A DNA stretch of 32,000 nt from Candidatus Kuenenia stuttgartensis (GTDB lineage: Bacteria; Planctomycetota; Brocadiia; Brocadiales; Brocadiaceae). Numbering within the stretch: the stretch's first letter is position 1; each line of letters starts with the position of its first letter. A model generated the notes under the pieces. That model ran no database searches and had not been told where the DNA came from. It saw only the letters and a program-made list of their open reading frames with translations. Below, in pieces: positions 1-7,915 of the stretch. The translations under genes and the position numbers were made by a program. Where the stretch lies: the NCBI RefSeq assembly GCF_900232105.1, contig NZ_LT934425.1:4350001-4382000 (forward strand), in the 5' to 3' direction.

Positions 1-349
1 ATTCTGACAATGCGCCCAATGCACAGAGATCGTCTTTATGTGCGAGTGCAAGTCTTATCGCTTCAATCTCCAGGGGAGTGCAATTCGACAGATTCGCAAT
101 GGTGCGTTTCTTGACCTTCCCATCCTCACGGTACGATTCCCGCAGAAGGGTAGATCGATAGATTTTTTTACCGGATTTTGACTTGTTCTCTACAATATGC
201 ATGTCCACCATTGTACAGATAACAACCATTATCAGTCAAGTATATTGTCGGATAATAACAATATATTAGTGACTACATATTTATTAAAAATACAGCCTTA
301 ACAAACTATGTATTAAGCACTTATGCGTTTTGGCAGGGGTGAACATCCG
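1..349 (-). mobile_element. IS1634-family-like insertion sequence, copy A (continues beyond the window edge); CDS part 1..229 on minus strand
   Basis: Reverse complement of 1-349 matches 618-966 (copy B) with about 2 visible differences; ends in the same terminal sequence CGGATGTTCACCCC. Confidence 0.9.
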
Positions 350-426
350 ATACAACCGGGAAGTGAAGGAACGATTGCCGTAAATCCCCCTTCATCACTT
401 GGTTCTAAAATTACTTGAATTTTCAT
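350..426 (-). pseudogene. Truncated HicB-like antitoxin N-terminus, cut by IS copy A
   Basis: Minus-strand translation from ATG at 426 reads MKIQVILEPSDEGGFTAIVPSLPGC, matching the typical HicB/UPF0150 N-terminus, then runs into the IS end at 349. Confidence 0.7.
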
Positions 427-506
427 TTTTTTATCCCCCCCCAAATGTTTTTTAAATTAACCACGCATATTTCGTCCCATTATCACATTTGGATTGGCAA
501 AAATCA

Positions 507-617
507 TCAATTCCTATCTTTTGCTTCGACGATATTAATTTCCTCATATGTCAATCCATACAGTCTGTAAACAATTTCATCTATCAACTTATCTATCGCC
601 TTACTTCTTGTTTTTAA
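507..617 (-). pseudogene. C-terminal end of a probable R-M/N6-adenine methylase gene (Eco57I/type IIG-like C-terminus), cut by IS copy B
   Basis: Minus-strand translation ...KTRSKAIDKLIDEIVYRLYGLTYEEINIVEAKDRN*, resembling the common (I)D.LIDEIVY.LYGLT.EEI.IVE C-terminal motif. It continues in frame with 2471-2579 once the IS and one TSD copy are removed. Confidence 0.6.
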
Positions 618-2470
618 CGGATGTTCACCCCTGCCAAAACGCATAAGTGCTTAATATATAGTTTGTTAAGGCTGTATTTTTAATAAATATGTAGTCACTA
701 ATATATTGTTATTATACGACAATATACTTGACGGATAATGGTTGTTATCTGTACAATGGTGGACATGCATATTGTAGAGAACAAGTCAAAATCCGGTAAA
801 AAAATCTATCGATCTACCCTTCTGCGGGAATCGTACCGTGAGGATGGGAAGGTCAAGAAACGCACCATTGCGAATCTGTCGAATTGCACTCCCCTGGAGA
901 TTGAAGCGATAAGACTTGCACTCGCACATAAAGACGATCTCTGTGCATTGGGCGCATTGTCAGAATCGGTGAAACTCCATGAGGGTTTGTCTGTGGGAGC
1001 AGCGTGGAGCGTGTACCAAGTGGCAAAGGAATTAGGGATAGAAGAGGCATTGGGAAAGGACTTTGAAGGAAAGCTGGCGCTTTGGCAAGTAATGGCAAGG
1101 GTAATAGGCCGGGGGTCAAGACTGTCTGCAGTAAGGCTGGCGCAGATACATGCTGCGGGTGACGTCCTGGATATGAAGCGTGGGTTTGACGAGAACAATC
1201 TGTACGATAATTTGTCATGGTTGTCAGAGAATCAGGCAAAGATAGAGCGAAAGCTGTTTGAGTTAAGACGAGGAGGCAATAAGCCGAAGTTGTTTTTGTA
1301 TGACGTGACGAGCAGTTATTTAGAGGGGAAGTCGAATCATTTTGGTGAGTACGGGTATAATCGTGACGGCAAAAAGAGGAAAAAACAGATAGTGATCGGT
1401 ATGCTTTGTGATGAATCCGGGGAGCCGGTATCAACAGAAGTATTTAGGGGCAACACCCAGGATCCGAAGACCTTTGAATCTCAGGTAAAGAAGGTATTAG
1501 AGCGGTTTGGATGTAAAGATGTAACGATTGTAGGAGATCGTGGGATGATCAAGACGGTGCAAATCGAAAGTTTACCGGAAGGGTTTCATTACATAACGGC
1601 GATAACTAAGCCGCAGATAGAGTCGTTGATAAATAAAGGGATACTGCAATTAGGATTGTTCGAAGAAAAGCTCTGCGAGATAAAGGATGATGAGGTTCGA
1701 TATATTCTGAGGCGCAATCCGGTAAGGGCGGAAGAGATGTCAAAGACCCGTGTATCAAAATTACAGAGTATAGAGAAATACATCGTGAAGAAGAACAGTT
1801 ATCTGAAGGAACATCCTAAGTCGTCAGTATCGAAGGCCCTGGAAACAACAAGGGAAAGGCTAACGAGATTGAAACTTGATGGGTGGGTGCAGATAAAAGA
1901 AGAGGATAGGACGCTAAAGATAGAGAGAGCTGAGGAAGCATTAAAGGAGGCATCATACCTTGATGGTTGTTACGCAATCAAGACTGATCTTGAGGAGAAC
2001 GAGGCGGATACCAATCTGGTACATGAACGATACAAGGATTTAACGGAAGTGGAGAAGGCGTTTCGGGACTGTAAGACGGTGAATTTGGAGGTTCGTCCGG
2101 TGTATGTAAGAAAGGAGGATAGTACACGGGGACATGTGTTTGTGGTAATGCTTGCGTACATGATAATTCGAAGGCTGCGCAGAGCGTGGAAGAATTTTGA
2201 CTTGACGGTAGAGGAAGGTCTCGCACAATTGACGACCATTTGTTCGATGGAAGTAACAATCAAAGGCCAAAAAGCTAGTTGCCAGAAGATCCCGCGTCCG
2301 CGGCAACAATCACATGAATTATTAGAGGCATTACAGATAAAGTTGCCAGAAGTATTGCCAAGCCGGAACATACGGGTAGTCACTAGAAAAAAGCTTGCTG
2401 TTCGGCGTAAAAGTCAATAAATATAAGGCTTTTACGGCACTTTTGTTTTTTGACTTGGGGTGAACATCCG
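618..2470 (+). mobile_element. Complete IS1634-family-like insertion sequence, copy B
   Basis: Terminal inverted repeats CGGATGTTCACCCC (618-631) and GGGGTGAACATCCG (2457-2470); 6-bp target duplication TTTTAA at 612-617 and 2471-2476; 560-aa transposase inside. Confidence 0.9.
738..2420 (+). CDS. IS1634-family transposase (IS4 superfamily DDE)
   Basis: ORF 560 aa; ...LFLYDVTSSYLEGKSNHFGEYGYNRDGKKRKKQIVIGMLCDESGEPVSTEVFRGNTQDPKTF... typical of the family. Confidence 0.9.
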   Translation: MVVICTMVDMHIVENKSKSGKKIYRSTLLRESYREDGKVKKRTIANLSNCTPLEIEAIRLALAHKDDLCALGALSESVKLHEGLSVGAAWSVYQVAKELGIEEALGKDFEGKLALWQVMARVIGRGSRLSAVRLAQIHAAGDVLDMKRGFDENNLYDNLSWLSENQAKIERKLFELRRGGNKPKLFLYDVTSSYLEGKSNHFGEYGYNRDGKKRKKQIVIGMLCDESGEPVSTEVFRGNTQDPKTFESQVKKVLERFGCKDVTIVGDRGMIKTVQIESLPEGFHYITAITKPQIESLINKGILQLGLFEEKLCEIKDDEVRYILRRNPVRAEEMSKTRVSKLQSIEKYIVKKNSYLKEHPKSSVSKALETTRERLTRLKLDGWVQIKEEDRTLKIERAEEALKEASYLDGCYAIKTDLEENEADTNLVHERYKDLTEVEKAFRDCKTVNLEVRPVYVRKEDSTRGHVFVVMLAYMIIRRLRRAWKNFDLTVEEGLAQLTTICSMEVTIKGQKASCQKIPRPRQQSHELLEALQIKLPEVLPSRNIRVVTRKKLAVRRKSQ

Positions 2471-2579
2471 TTTTAATGGTTCGAGGATTGATATGTTTTT
2501 TGTGCAATGATTTTTAAGCAGTTCCTGGGTCTTTCGATCTGATGGGCCTGTAGATACCTTGTTTCTATTCTTCTTGAGA
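2471..2579 (-). pseudogene. Continuation of the IS-interrupted R-M/methylase C-terminal region
   Basis: Minus-strand reading LKKNRNKVSTGPSDRKTQELLKNHCTKNISILEPLK joins in frame to KTRSKAIDKLIDEIVYRLYGLT across the IS. Confidence 0.5.
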
Positions 2580-2758
2580 TGTTCGAGGTGTCAATTAGAG
2601 GTTGGGCGAAGCACACCCAACAAAAAAAGGCATTGATGGATTCTATCCGCTTAACCCATCCTTACCACCCGGCTCAGCACGGCGTGCTTGTGTTCGCGTA
2701 TGAGGTATTCGATGATATATCGTTGGAACTTCTTTCCCGGTCGTTCAAACATGATTGA

Positions 2759-2941
2759 TCAGTTTTCCTGTCTATCCTCATCCTGTTCAACAAATATTTT
2801 AACTACGCGTCCGTTTTCGTAATAAACCAGTGGAGTATGCGTCTGTTTGGCTATTTCCCTTGCTCTTTTTGCCGCTCTTAGCAATGCAGCTTCTACATTC
2901 TCAAGGTCTTTGTCATGAATCTGTCTCTTTTTTCCATTCAT
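2759..2941 (-). CDS. Small 60-aa protein, putative partner of the downstream-facing zeta-like kinase
   Basis: ORF MNGKKRQIHDKDLENVEAALLRAAKRAREIAKQTHTPLVYYENGRVVKIFVEQDEDRQEN; overlaps the kinase stop codon by 4 nt. Confidence 0.7.
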   Translation of the reverse strand: MNGKKRQIHDKDLENVEAALLRAAKRAREIAKQTHTPLVYYENGRVVKIFVEQDEDRQEN

Positions 2942-3462
2942 CTCTTTTCTCCTTCTTCAAGCAGTTTTGGCGTTCTGCCTGAGTTGTCGTAAAGAATCCA
3001 GGTATCTACCAACTGCTTGTAAATGTGGTAAAAATTAAACCATCCCTTTCCAAACCGTCGTCTGATAATCTCTTCAGGCACATTATGGCCACCCTGCAAA
3101 ACCCTCCCTTTTACCCGTTCAATGGCAATCTTTACATCATGAAGACTCAGAAATATCAACTTTACCGTGTATCCCCTCTTTTGCCATTCGGGTATCATTT
3201 GTGCATATATTTTACCGCTAAGTGTTGTTTCAAAGGCAAAGCCATCATTACGAAGCAGGTGCGTTTTAATTTCTTCATACATCAGCCTGCCCGCACGGAA
3301 AGCTGCATGTTCAGGGAAAAAAGGAGAAAGCCCTGCAGCTATCAAATCAGCATTAACAAAGATGGGACAGCCCGCCTCATTCGGCAGAAACTCTTTGGCA
3401 AACGTGGTCTTTCCTGCCCCGTTAGGTCCGGCAATGATAACGATATTCTTTTTTTTTACCAT
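2938..3462 (-). CDS. Zeta-toxin-family-like P-loop kinase (AAA family)
   Basis: Walker A IIAGPNGAGKTTFAKEFLP; ...PIFVNADLIAAGLSP...GFAFETTLSG..., typical of zeta-toxin-like proteins. Confidence 0.8.
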   Translation of the reverse strand: MVKKKNIVIIAGPNGAGKTTFAKEFLPNEAGCPIFVNADLIAAGLSPFFPEHAAFRAGRLMYEEIKTHLLRNDGFAFETTLSGKIYAQMIPEWQKRGYTVKLIFLSLHDVKIAIERVKGRVLQGGHNVPEEIIRRRFGKGWFNFYHIYKQLVDTWILYDNSGRTPKLLEEGEKR

Positions 3463-3753
3463 GTTGATCCTTTAAACCATTTTCGGTAATCCGTCGCTTT
3501 CCCGTTACACATTTGTGGATGATCGATTTACGATATTGTGCAAGTGTAGGGATTTTATTGCGGAAATTCTGGCGGAAATTCTGAGGACACCATACGTAAT
3601 ATTAGGAATCTTCACTTTTCTTTTGTGGTACCAGGCTTCTGCCGGCGTAGTATGCTCCTGGGACTACCACACGAGCGATCCTAGCTAGCGGGGAATCTTA
3701 ACCGTTTTTCAACACTGAGTCAATAATTAAGTACGGTGTCCCCTGAATTAAAT

Positions 3754-3824
3754 GATTTTCAAGCAGTTCCTGAGTCTTTCGATCTGATGGGTCTGTAGAT
3801 ACCTTGTTTCTATTCTTCTTGAGA
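3754..3824 (-). repeat. Second copy of the R-M-remnant fragment at 2509-2579
   Basis: 71-nt alignment to 2509-2579 with 3 mismatches; translates to LLKKNRNKVSTDPSDRKTQELLEN. Confidence 0.8.
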
Positions 3825-3888
3825 AGTTCAGAGTTGATCAAAGATTAAGTAAGGCACTGTCCAAAAATAATTTGGTATTTTTATTAAT

Positions 3889-4827
3889 TTAGTTAAGTGA
3901 AATTGTATAATTCCAATCTGGCAAGACACTGTGTTTGTTTATGTTTATTTCTTTCATTTGGTCATCAGTGATTTTGATTCCTTTTTGGTATTCTTTCTCG
4001 TTAAGAATGGTTTGTACGAGAAGACCCGCTGTTGTTGTAGTGCCAGCAATTAAACTTAGCATAACATCATAAGACCTCAAAGGATTCCCCTCCCAATTTT
4101 TACTGATAAAACTAAACAGACGATGTTCTACCGGATTCCATTTTGATGCTCCTGAGGGATAGTGGCAAATCCTGATGGAGAGTCCGTAAACTTTACAAAT
4201 ATTTTGATAAAGCGCATATTTCCACAACCGGGGACGAAATCCGTTGCTCCCTCCTGCGTCACAAAGAATAAGGAGTTCTTTTGCGCATGGATACCTCTTC
4301 CAACCAAATTCATCCAGCCAAATCTTAATTGACTCGACTGCAAATTCCGGTGTGTCATAGGACGTACCAACAATAACTGTCCCTAAATTAGTCAGCAATT
4401 CATAGATACCAAACGGACATCCAACACCAATTGCCTGAGAACGAAAATCATGGGCCAAAACTTCATTTACTATTTTTGTCCACGCCTTGCCCTCATTTCT
4501 GAAATTACCTATCAATTCCTTTTTCTTACTGTCAACACTGATTATTGGCTGACCAGAATCTTCAAAATACTTTTTTGTCTCATTAATAATTTCAAACTGT
4601 CTATTACGGTCCGGATGACGTGTCTCTGCTATCGTTTTGCGATTTACTCTCAGAGAATAATCCATGTCCTTAAGAAGCCTGCTAACTGTTGTTGCACATA
4701 CGCTTACACCTCTATCACCGCATTCTTTTTTTAGAGTACGTGTGCTTCTTCTCGTCCATATTTTTCCTTTACCCATTGGGTCTCCTGCAGTATCGCCCTC
4801 CATCAATTCTTCAAGAAGTTTTACCAC
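3889..4827 (-). CDS. ISAzo13-family transposase, C-terminal (catalytic) ORF
   Basis: ORF 312 aa; ...RSTRTLKKECGDRGVSVCATTVSRLLKDMDYSLRVNRKTIAETRHPDRNRQFEIINETKKYFEDSGQPIISVDSKKKELIGNFRNEGKAW..., typical of the family. Confidence 0.85.
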   Translation of the reverse strand: MVKLLEELMEGDTAGDPMGKGKIWTRRSTRTLKKECGDRGVSVCATTVSRLLKDMDYSLRVNRKTIAETRHPDRNRQFEIINETKKYFEDSGQPIISVDSKKKELIGNFRNEGKAWTKIVNEVLAHDFRSQAIGVGCPFGIYELLTNLGTVIVGTSYDTPEFAVESIKIWLDEFGWKRYPCAKELLILCDAGGSNGFRPRLWKYALYQNICKVYGLSIRICHYPSGASKWNPVEHRLFSFISKNWEGNPLRSYDVMLSLIAGTTTTAGLLVQTILNEKEYQKGIKITDDQMKEININKHSVLPDWNYTISLN

Positions 4828-5660
4828 ATCAGTTTTTTTTTAATCGAAGAACGACCTGCACCGACCTTACGTATCCGTCCCGGTGTAATGTTCTTACTCG
4901 AAAGTTCCCGACGCCCCTTGTCAATTGTTTTTACATTTATGCCGGTTAGCTGTGAAAGTCTTAAATCGCCGCCATGTCCCAGTTTCATTGATTCTAAACC
5001 AAGATAAAGCCGTTTCTGCCTTTCATCAAGTATGGAAAGAAATGTCTGCAGGCAATCCGTAACCACTTCACTCCCAAAGCCGGGAATTAATACCTTTTCT
5101 TCCTTACAAGCACACAACATGATTGACTGTTTACGTCTGGCGAGTTGATCCGTACCTAACACCTTGGAGATATACAAATATTCTCCGGCAATCTGCTCGC
5201 GCAAGACCCTTCCAGATACCACTAATTGAGTCAGTGCATTAAAGACTCGCACATGTACCAGCGTTTGAAGCTCCGAGGCAAAATAACCTTCCTGGGATTT
5301 ATTAATGATGGCCTCGAGAGTATCTACAAGACTTCCTTGTTGAGAAAAATATATTTGATTGAAACTCCAAATGCCATATTTATTATAGCTTGCAAGTGTA
5401 TCCAGTGTATGGTATTTGCCCGCATGGGAATAACTCGCACGATGTCCGAGCGATTTTAGCTTCCTGAAAACCGTTGCTTTTGAAGTCGTTCCCAAAGCTT
5501 CTTTGATACTGTCCAGAGTTAAAACGACATCCCTGCTGAATAGTCCCAAGAGCTTGCGATGAGAATACTTAGCTAAACGCATAATGATATCATTAGGATT
5601 AATACGCCGGATAAAATACCACTTAATCCTAATGTTATCATAATGGCTGGAGGGTGTCAA
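4821..5660 (-). CDS. ISAzo13-family transposase N-terminal ORF with an extra N-terminal region; joins the 3' ORF by a -1 shift at A9
   Basis: The C-terminal part RLYLGLESMKLGHGGDLRLSQLTGINVKTIDKGRRELSSKNITPGRIRKVGAGRSSIKKK is the usual start of ISAzo13 transposases; the ORF ends in the other frame right after ATTAAAAAAAAAC. Confidence 0.7.
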   Translation of the reverse strand: MTPSSHYDNIRIKWYFIRRINPNDIIMRLAKYSHRKLLGLFSRDVVLTLDSIKEALGTTSKATVFRKLKSLGHRASYSHAGKYHTLDTLASYNKYGIWSFNQIYFSQQGSLVDTLEAIINKSQEGYFASELQTLVHVRVFNALTQLVVSGRVLREQIAGEYLYISKVLGTDQLARRKQSIMLCACKEEKVLIPGFGSEVVTDCLQTFLSILDERQKRLYLGLESMKLGHGGDLRLSQLTGINVKTIDKGRRELSSKNITPGRIRKVGAGRSSIKKKLMW

Positions 5661-6039
5661 TGCCTATATTTACTAGTTGTAACGGCTATTACCGTGACAT
5701 ACACAAAGACACTACAACGATACTATTGGTACTATACAATACCATGTTATTTGTGGTCGCTCCCTAAGTTAGTGAAGCCTGTCCTGAGTTTATCGAGGGG
5801 TGAAGCAGACCCATCAATCACATTTTCATTTATTTTGATGGGTTCGCGCCAATTAACCCATCCTTGATTGAGTTAATAATTAAGCATGGTGTCCCTTAAT
5901 ATCCTTATTAATAGATTGCCAATTGAAAAATGAAGGTCCCTGCTGACTCAAGAATTGTGTAGGGTCAAGGAATGGCGAGTTGCATTAGGTATCCCCTTGG
6001 CTGTTGCTGCCGTTTCCAGCTTTGTGCCCGTTTAGGTTC

Positions 6040-6819
6040 TCCATAGCACTTTTCCATCCCCTGCCACATCAAACCGTACGTGAGGCTTCGTCGTGAGCTC
6101 AGCCGAACGGTTTTCCCTCATACGGCTTCCCTGCTCCCTTCTCAGCAAGGCATTATACACCTATCGATATGGAGCAGCTTTCGGGTAGATATATCCCCTT
6201 ACTCCACCGCTTCCAGCCGAAACCACTCAGTGCTTGTCAGTCTTCGCCTTGATGTATATCTTCCTCCTCAGTTCCTGCAGACTTATAGAAGCATTTGTCA
6301 TTCTTCCCTGCCTCACCGCTAAAGAAAGATTTAGAATACAGCAGATCCCCTTCGCTCCGGCAAGGTTATGCTGTCCTTGCCATCTCCACTACTACGGGCT
6401 CATCCGCCACCCTCTTGCCTGTCAGTCTACTTCGCCCTTCGACTTATAAGGCTTACATTCGCTCCTGATATTTCTATCAGGGACAAGGAGGGTTTCCCCA
6501 GTTGATACTGCTCCCTTCTATCCGTGTCGCCGCTGATACCCCGCCACCGTTCTTTTACCTATTAGCCAGTTTAGGTGCGTGAATTCCGCCTTCGCCTACT
6601 ATTGACAGGCTCGGCCAGTGGTTCCTGACTTTCACGAGGCTACCTCTACGTTCACGTACGTTACAACCCGGATATTCGCTCGCCGGCCTTACGCCGACTT
6701 TGTAGATGGGCTTCAGAAGGCAACGTTTCCATCACCCCCTGCCATCCAAGCTACATGGCTCCGGCTTTTACCACAACGGGACTTTCACCCGTTAGAAAAC
6801 AGTACCCTTCCCTGGGCAC
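6040..6819 (-). mobile_element. Group II intron relic without a functional reverse transcriptase ORF (3' limit approximate)
   Basis: Minus strand: 5' end GTGCCCAGGGAAGGG at 6819, hallmark ACGGGTGAAAGTCCCGTTGTGGTAA (DI), short IEP start MTNASISLQELRRKIYIKAKTDKH* (6301-6227), and a DV hairpin GAAGCCGTATGAGGGAAAA...CCTCACGTACGGTTT at 6129-6071. Confidence 0.75.
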
Positions 6820-6883
6820 GCCAATAGATTAGGTTTTACCCCAAATGTCTGATTTCATAACCCCATATATTCACTGCATCGAA

Positions 6884-7738
6884 TTATACATTTTCTAAAT
6901 TTTTTAATGCATCTTCTATTGAAACTTTTGCACTCTCTGCGTGTTTTTTAATTTCTTCGTAATAGGTATCCGCCTTACCTGTGCCTGAGTTTGAAAGTGC
7001 AAATTGTGCCTGACTATTTACCTTGTTTATATTTACATACGCCAGACAAATGGCATCAAACTTAGTTTTATCAATCTTAACTATTTCATATTTAAAACTA
7101 TCCCACAAACTATTAGATAGTTGAATATAGAAAATACTACGATTGTCACCAGAAGTAATCTTTACTTCCTTTGTATCCTCACAATAAGCATCTAATATGG
7201 ATTTATTCTCTTTTAATTCTGTTTTTATTGCAGATATACTATTTTGAAATGTTTTTTCTTGTTCAGCTTTACTCTCTAATTTGATGGAATAATAAATAGC
7301 TACCAATGTAATGCCACCGCCAATTAAAGCACTAATAATTGGTATTATGATGTTTTTAGACCAGTTCCATAAATCATATTTACCTGAGTATATATATGAA
7401 AGATATGATAAAAAACCTAAAATTAAAAGCGCGAAAATGGAAATTATTATGCATACTTTAGGTATATTTTTCATAATATGAACGGCTTGTGCCATGGCCT
7501 CCAGAGAGTTTCTTTTATAGTTTTTAAACATTGCGTAGACGACAAGGAGAAACATTGCAAATTGTTTTTTAGTAAAACATGATGCAAAATGTTCAAGAAA
7601 TTTATTTAATAACGATATGTTTGTTCTGAAAATACTCAAATCCTTTGCTCCGGCAATTGATTGTGTAAGAAATTTACAAGTGCAATTAATACCGGAAGTA
7701 AAGGCTAAAATCAAAAGTAAATATTTGTCGCAAAGCAT
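6884..7738 (-). CDS. Predicted membrane protein of unknown function; the true start may be internal (MKNIPKV...)
   Basis: ORF with hydrophobic segments VCIIISIFALLILGFLSYLSYIYS and NIIIPIISALIGGGITLVAIYY. The first ~90 residues may derive from an older transposase-like sequence. Confidence 0.5.
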   Translation of the reverse strand: MLCDKYLLLILAFTSGINCTCKFLTQSIAGAKDLSIFRTNISLLNKFLEHFASCFTKKQFAMFLLVVYAMFKNYKRNSLEAMAQAVHIMKNIPKVCIIISIFALLILGFLSYLSYIYSGKYDLWNWSKNIIIPIISALIGGGITLVAIYYSIKLESKAEQEKTFQNSISAIKTELKENKSILDAYCEDTKEVKITSGDNRSIFYIQLSNSLWDSFKYEIVKIDKTKFDAICLAYVNINKVNSQAQFALSNSGTGKADTYYEEIKKHAESAKVSIEDALKNLENV

Positions 7739-7915
7739 TGATAAGTCATAAGTTGTGGCCGACTCTACTTACAACTCAGAAATATTTTTCCAGACGTATT
7801 CTTTAACAAAGTAATGTTATTAACTTTCCTTGCAATCTGGCGGTTTGGATAACGCCTATATTGGCTGTAAAAACTTGAATATACGGCTAGAATGCCAGCT
7901 TTCCGGCAATCTGTA

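Noticed and set aside
853-2309. Several overlapping minus-strand ORFs (93-193 aa) opposite the IS1634 transposase
   Set aside because: Antisense to a strong transposase ORF; cysteine/serine/proline-rich low-quality translations, no recognisable domain.
3025-3489. Plus-strand ORFs of 154 and 102 aa
   Set aside because: Antisense to the zeta-like kinase gene, which has clear motifs.
3853-5664. Exact ends of the ISAzo13 element (GGCACTG at 3853 and CAATGCC at 5664)
   Set aside because: Only ~7 nt of weak inverted similarity and no convincing target duplication, so ends are not claimed.
5643-5867. 74-aa plus-strand ORF
   Set aside because: Intergenic sequence between mobile elements containing repeat motifs; no domain.
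6080-6827. Plus-strand ORFs of 80, 71 and 69 aa
   Set aside because: They lie on the complementary strand of the group II intron ribozyme sequence; translations have no protein-like features.
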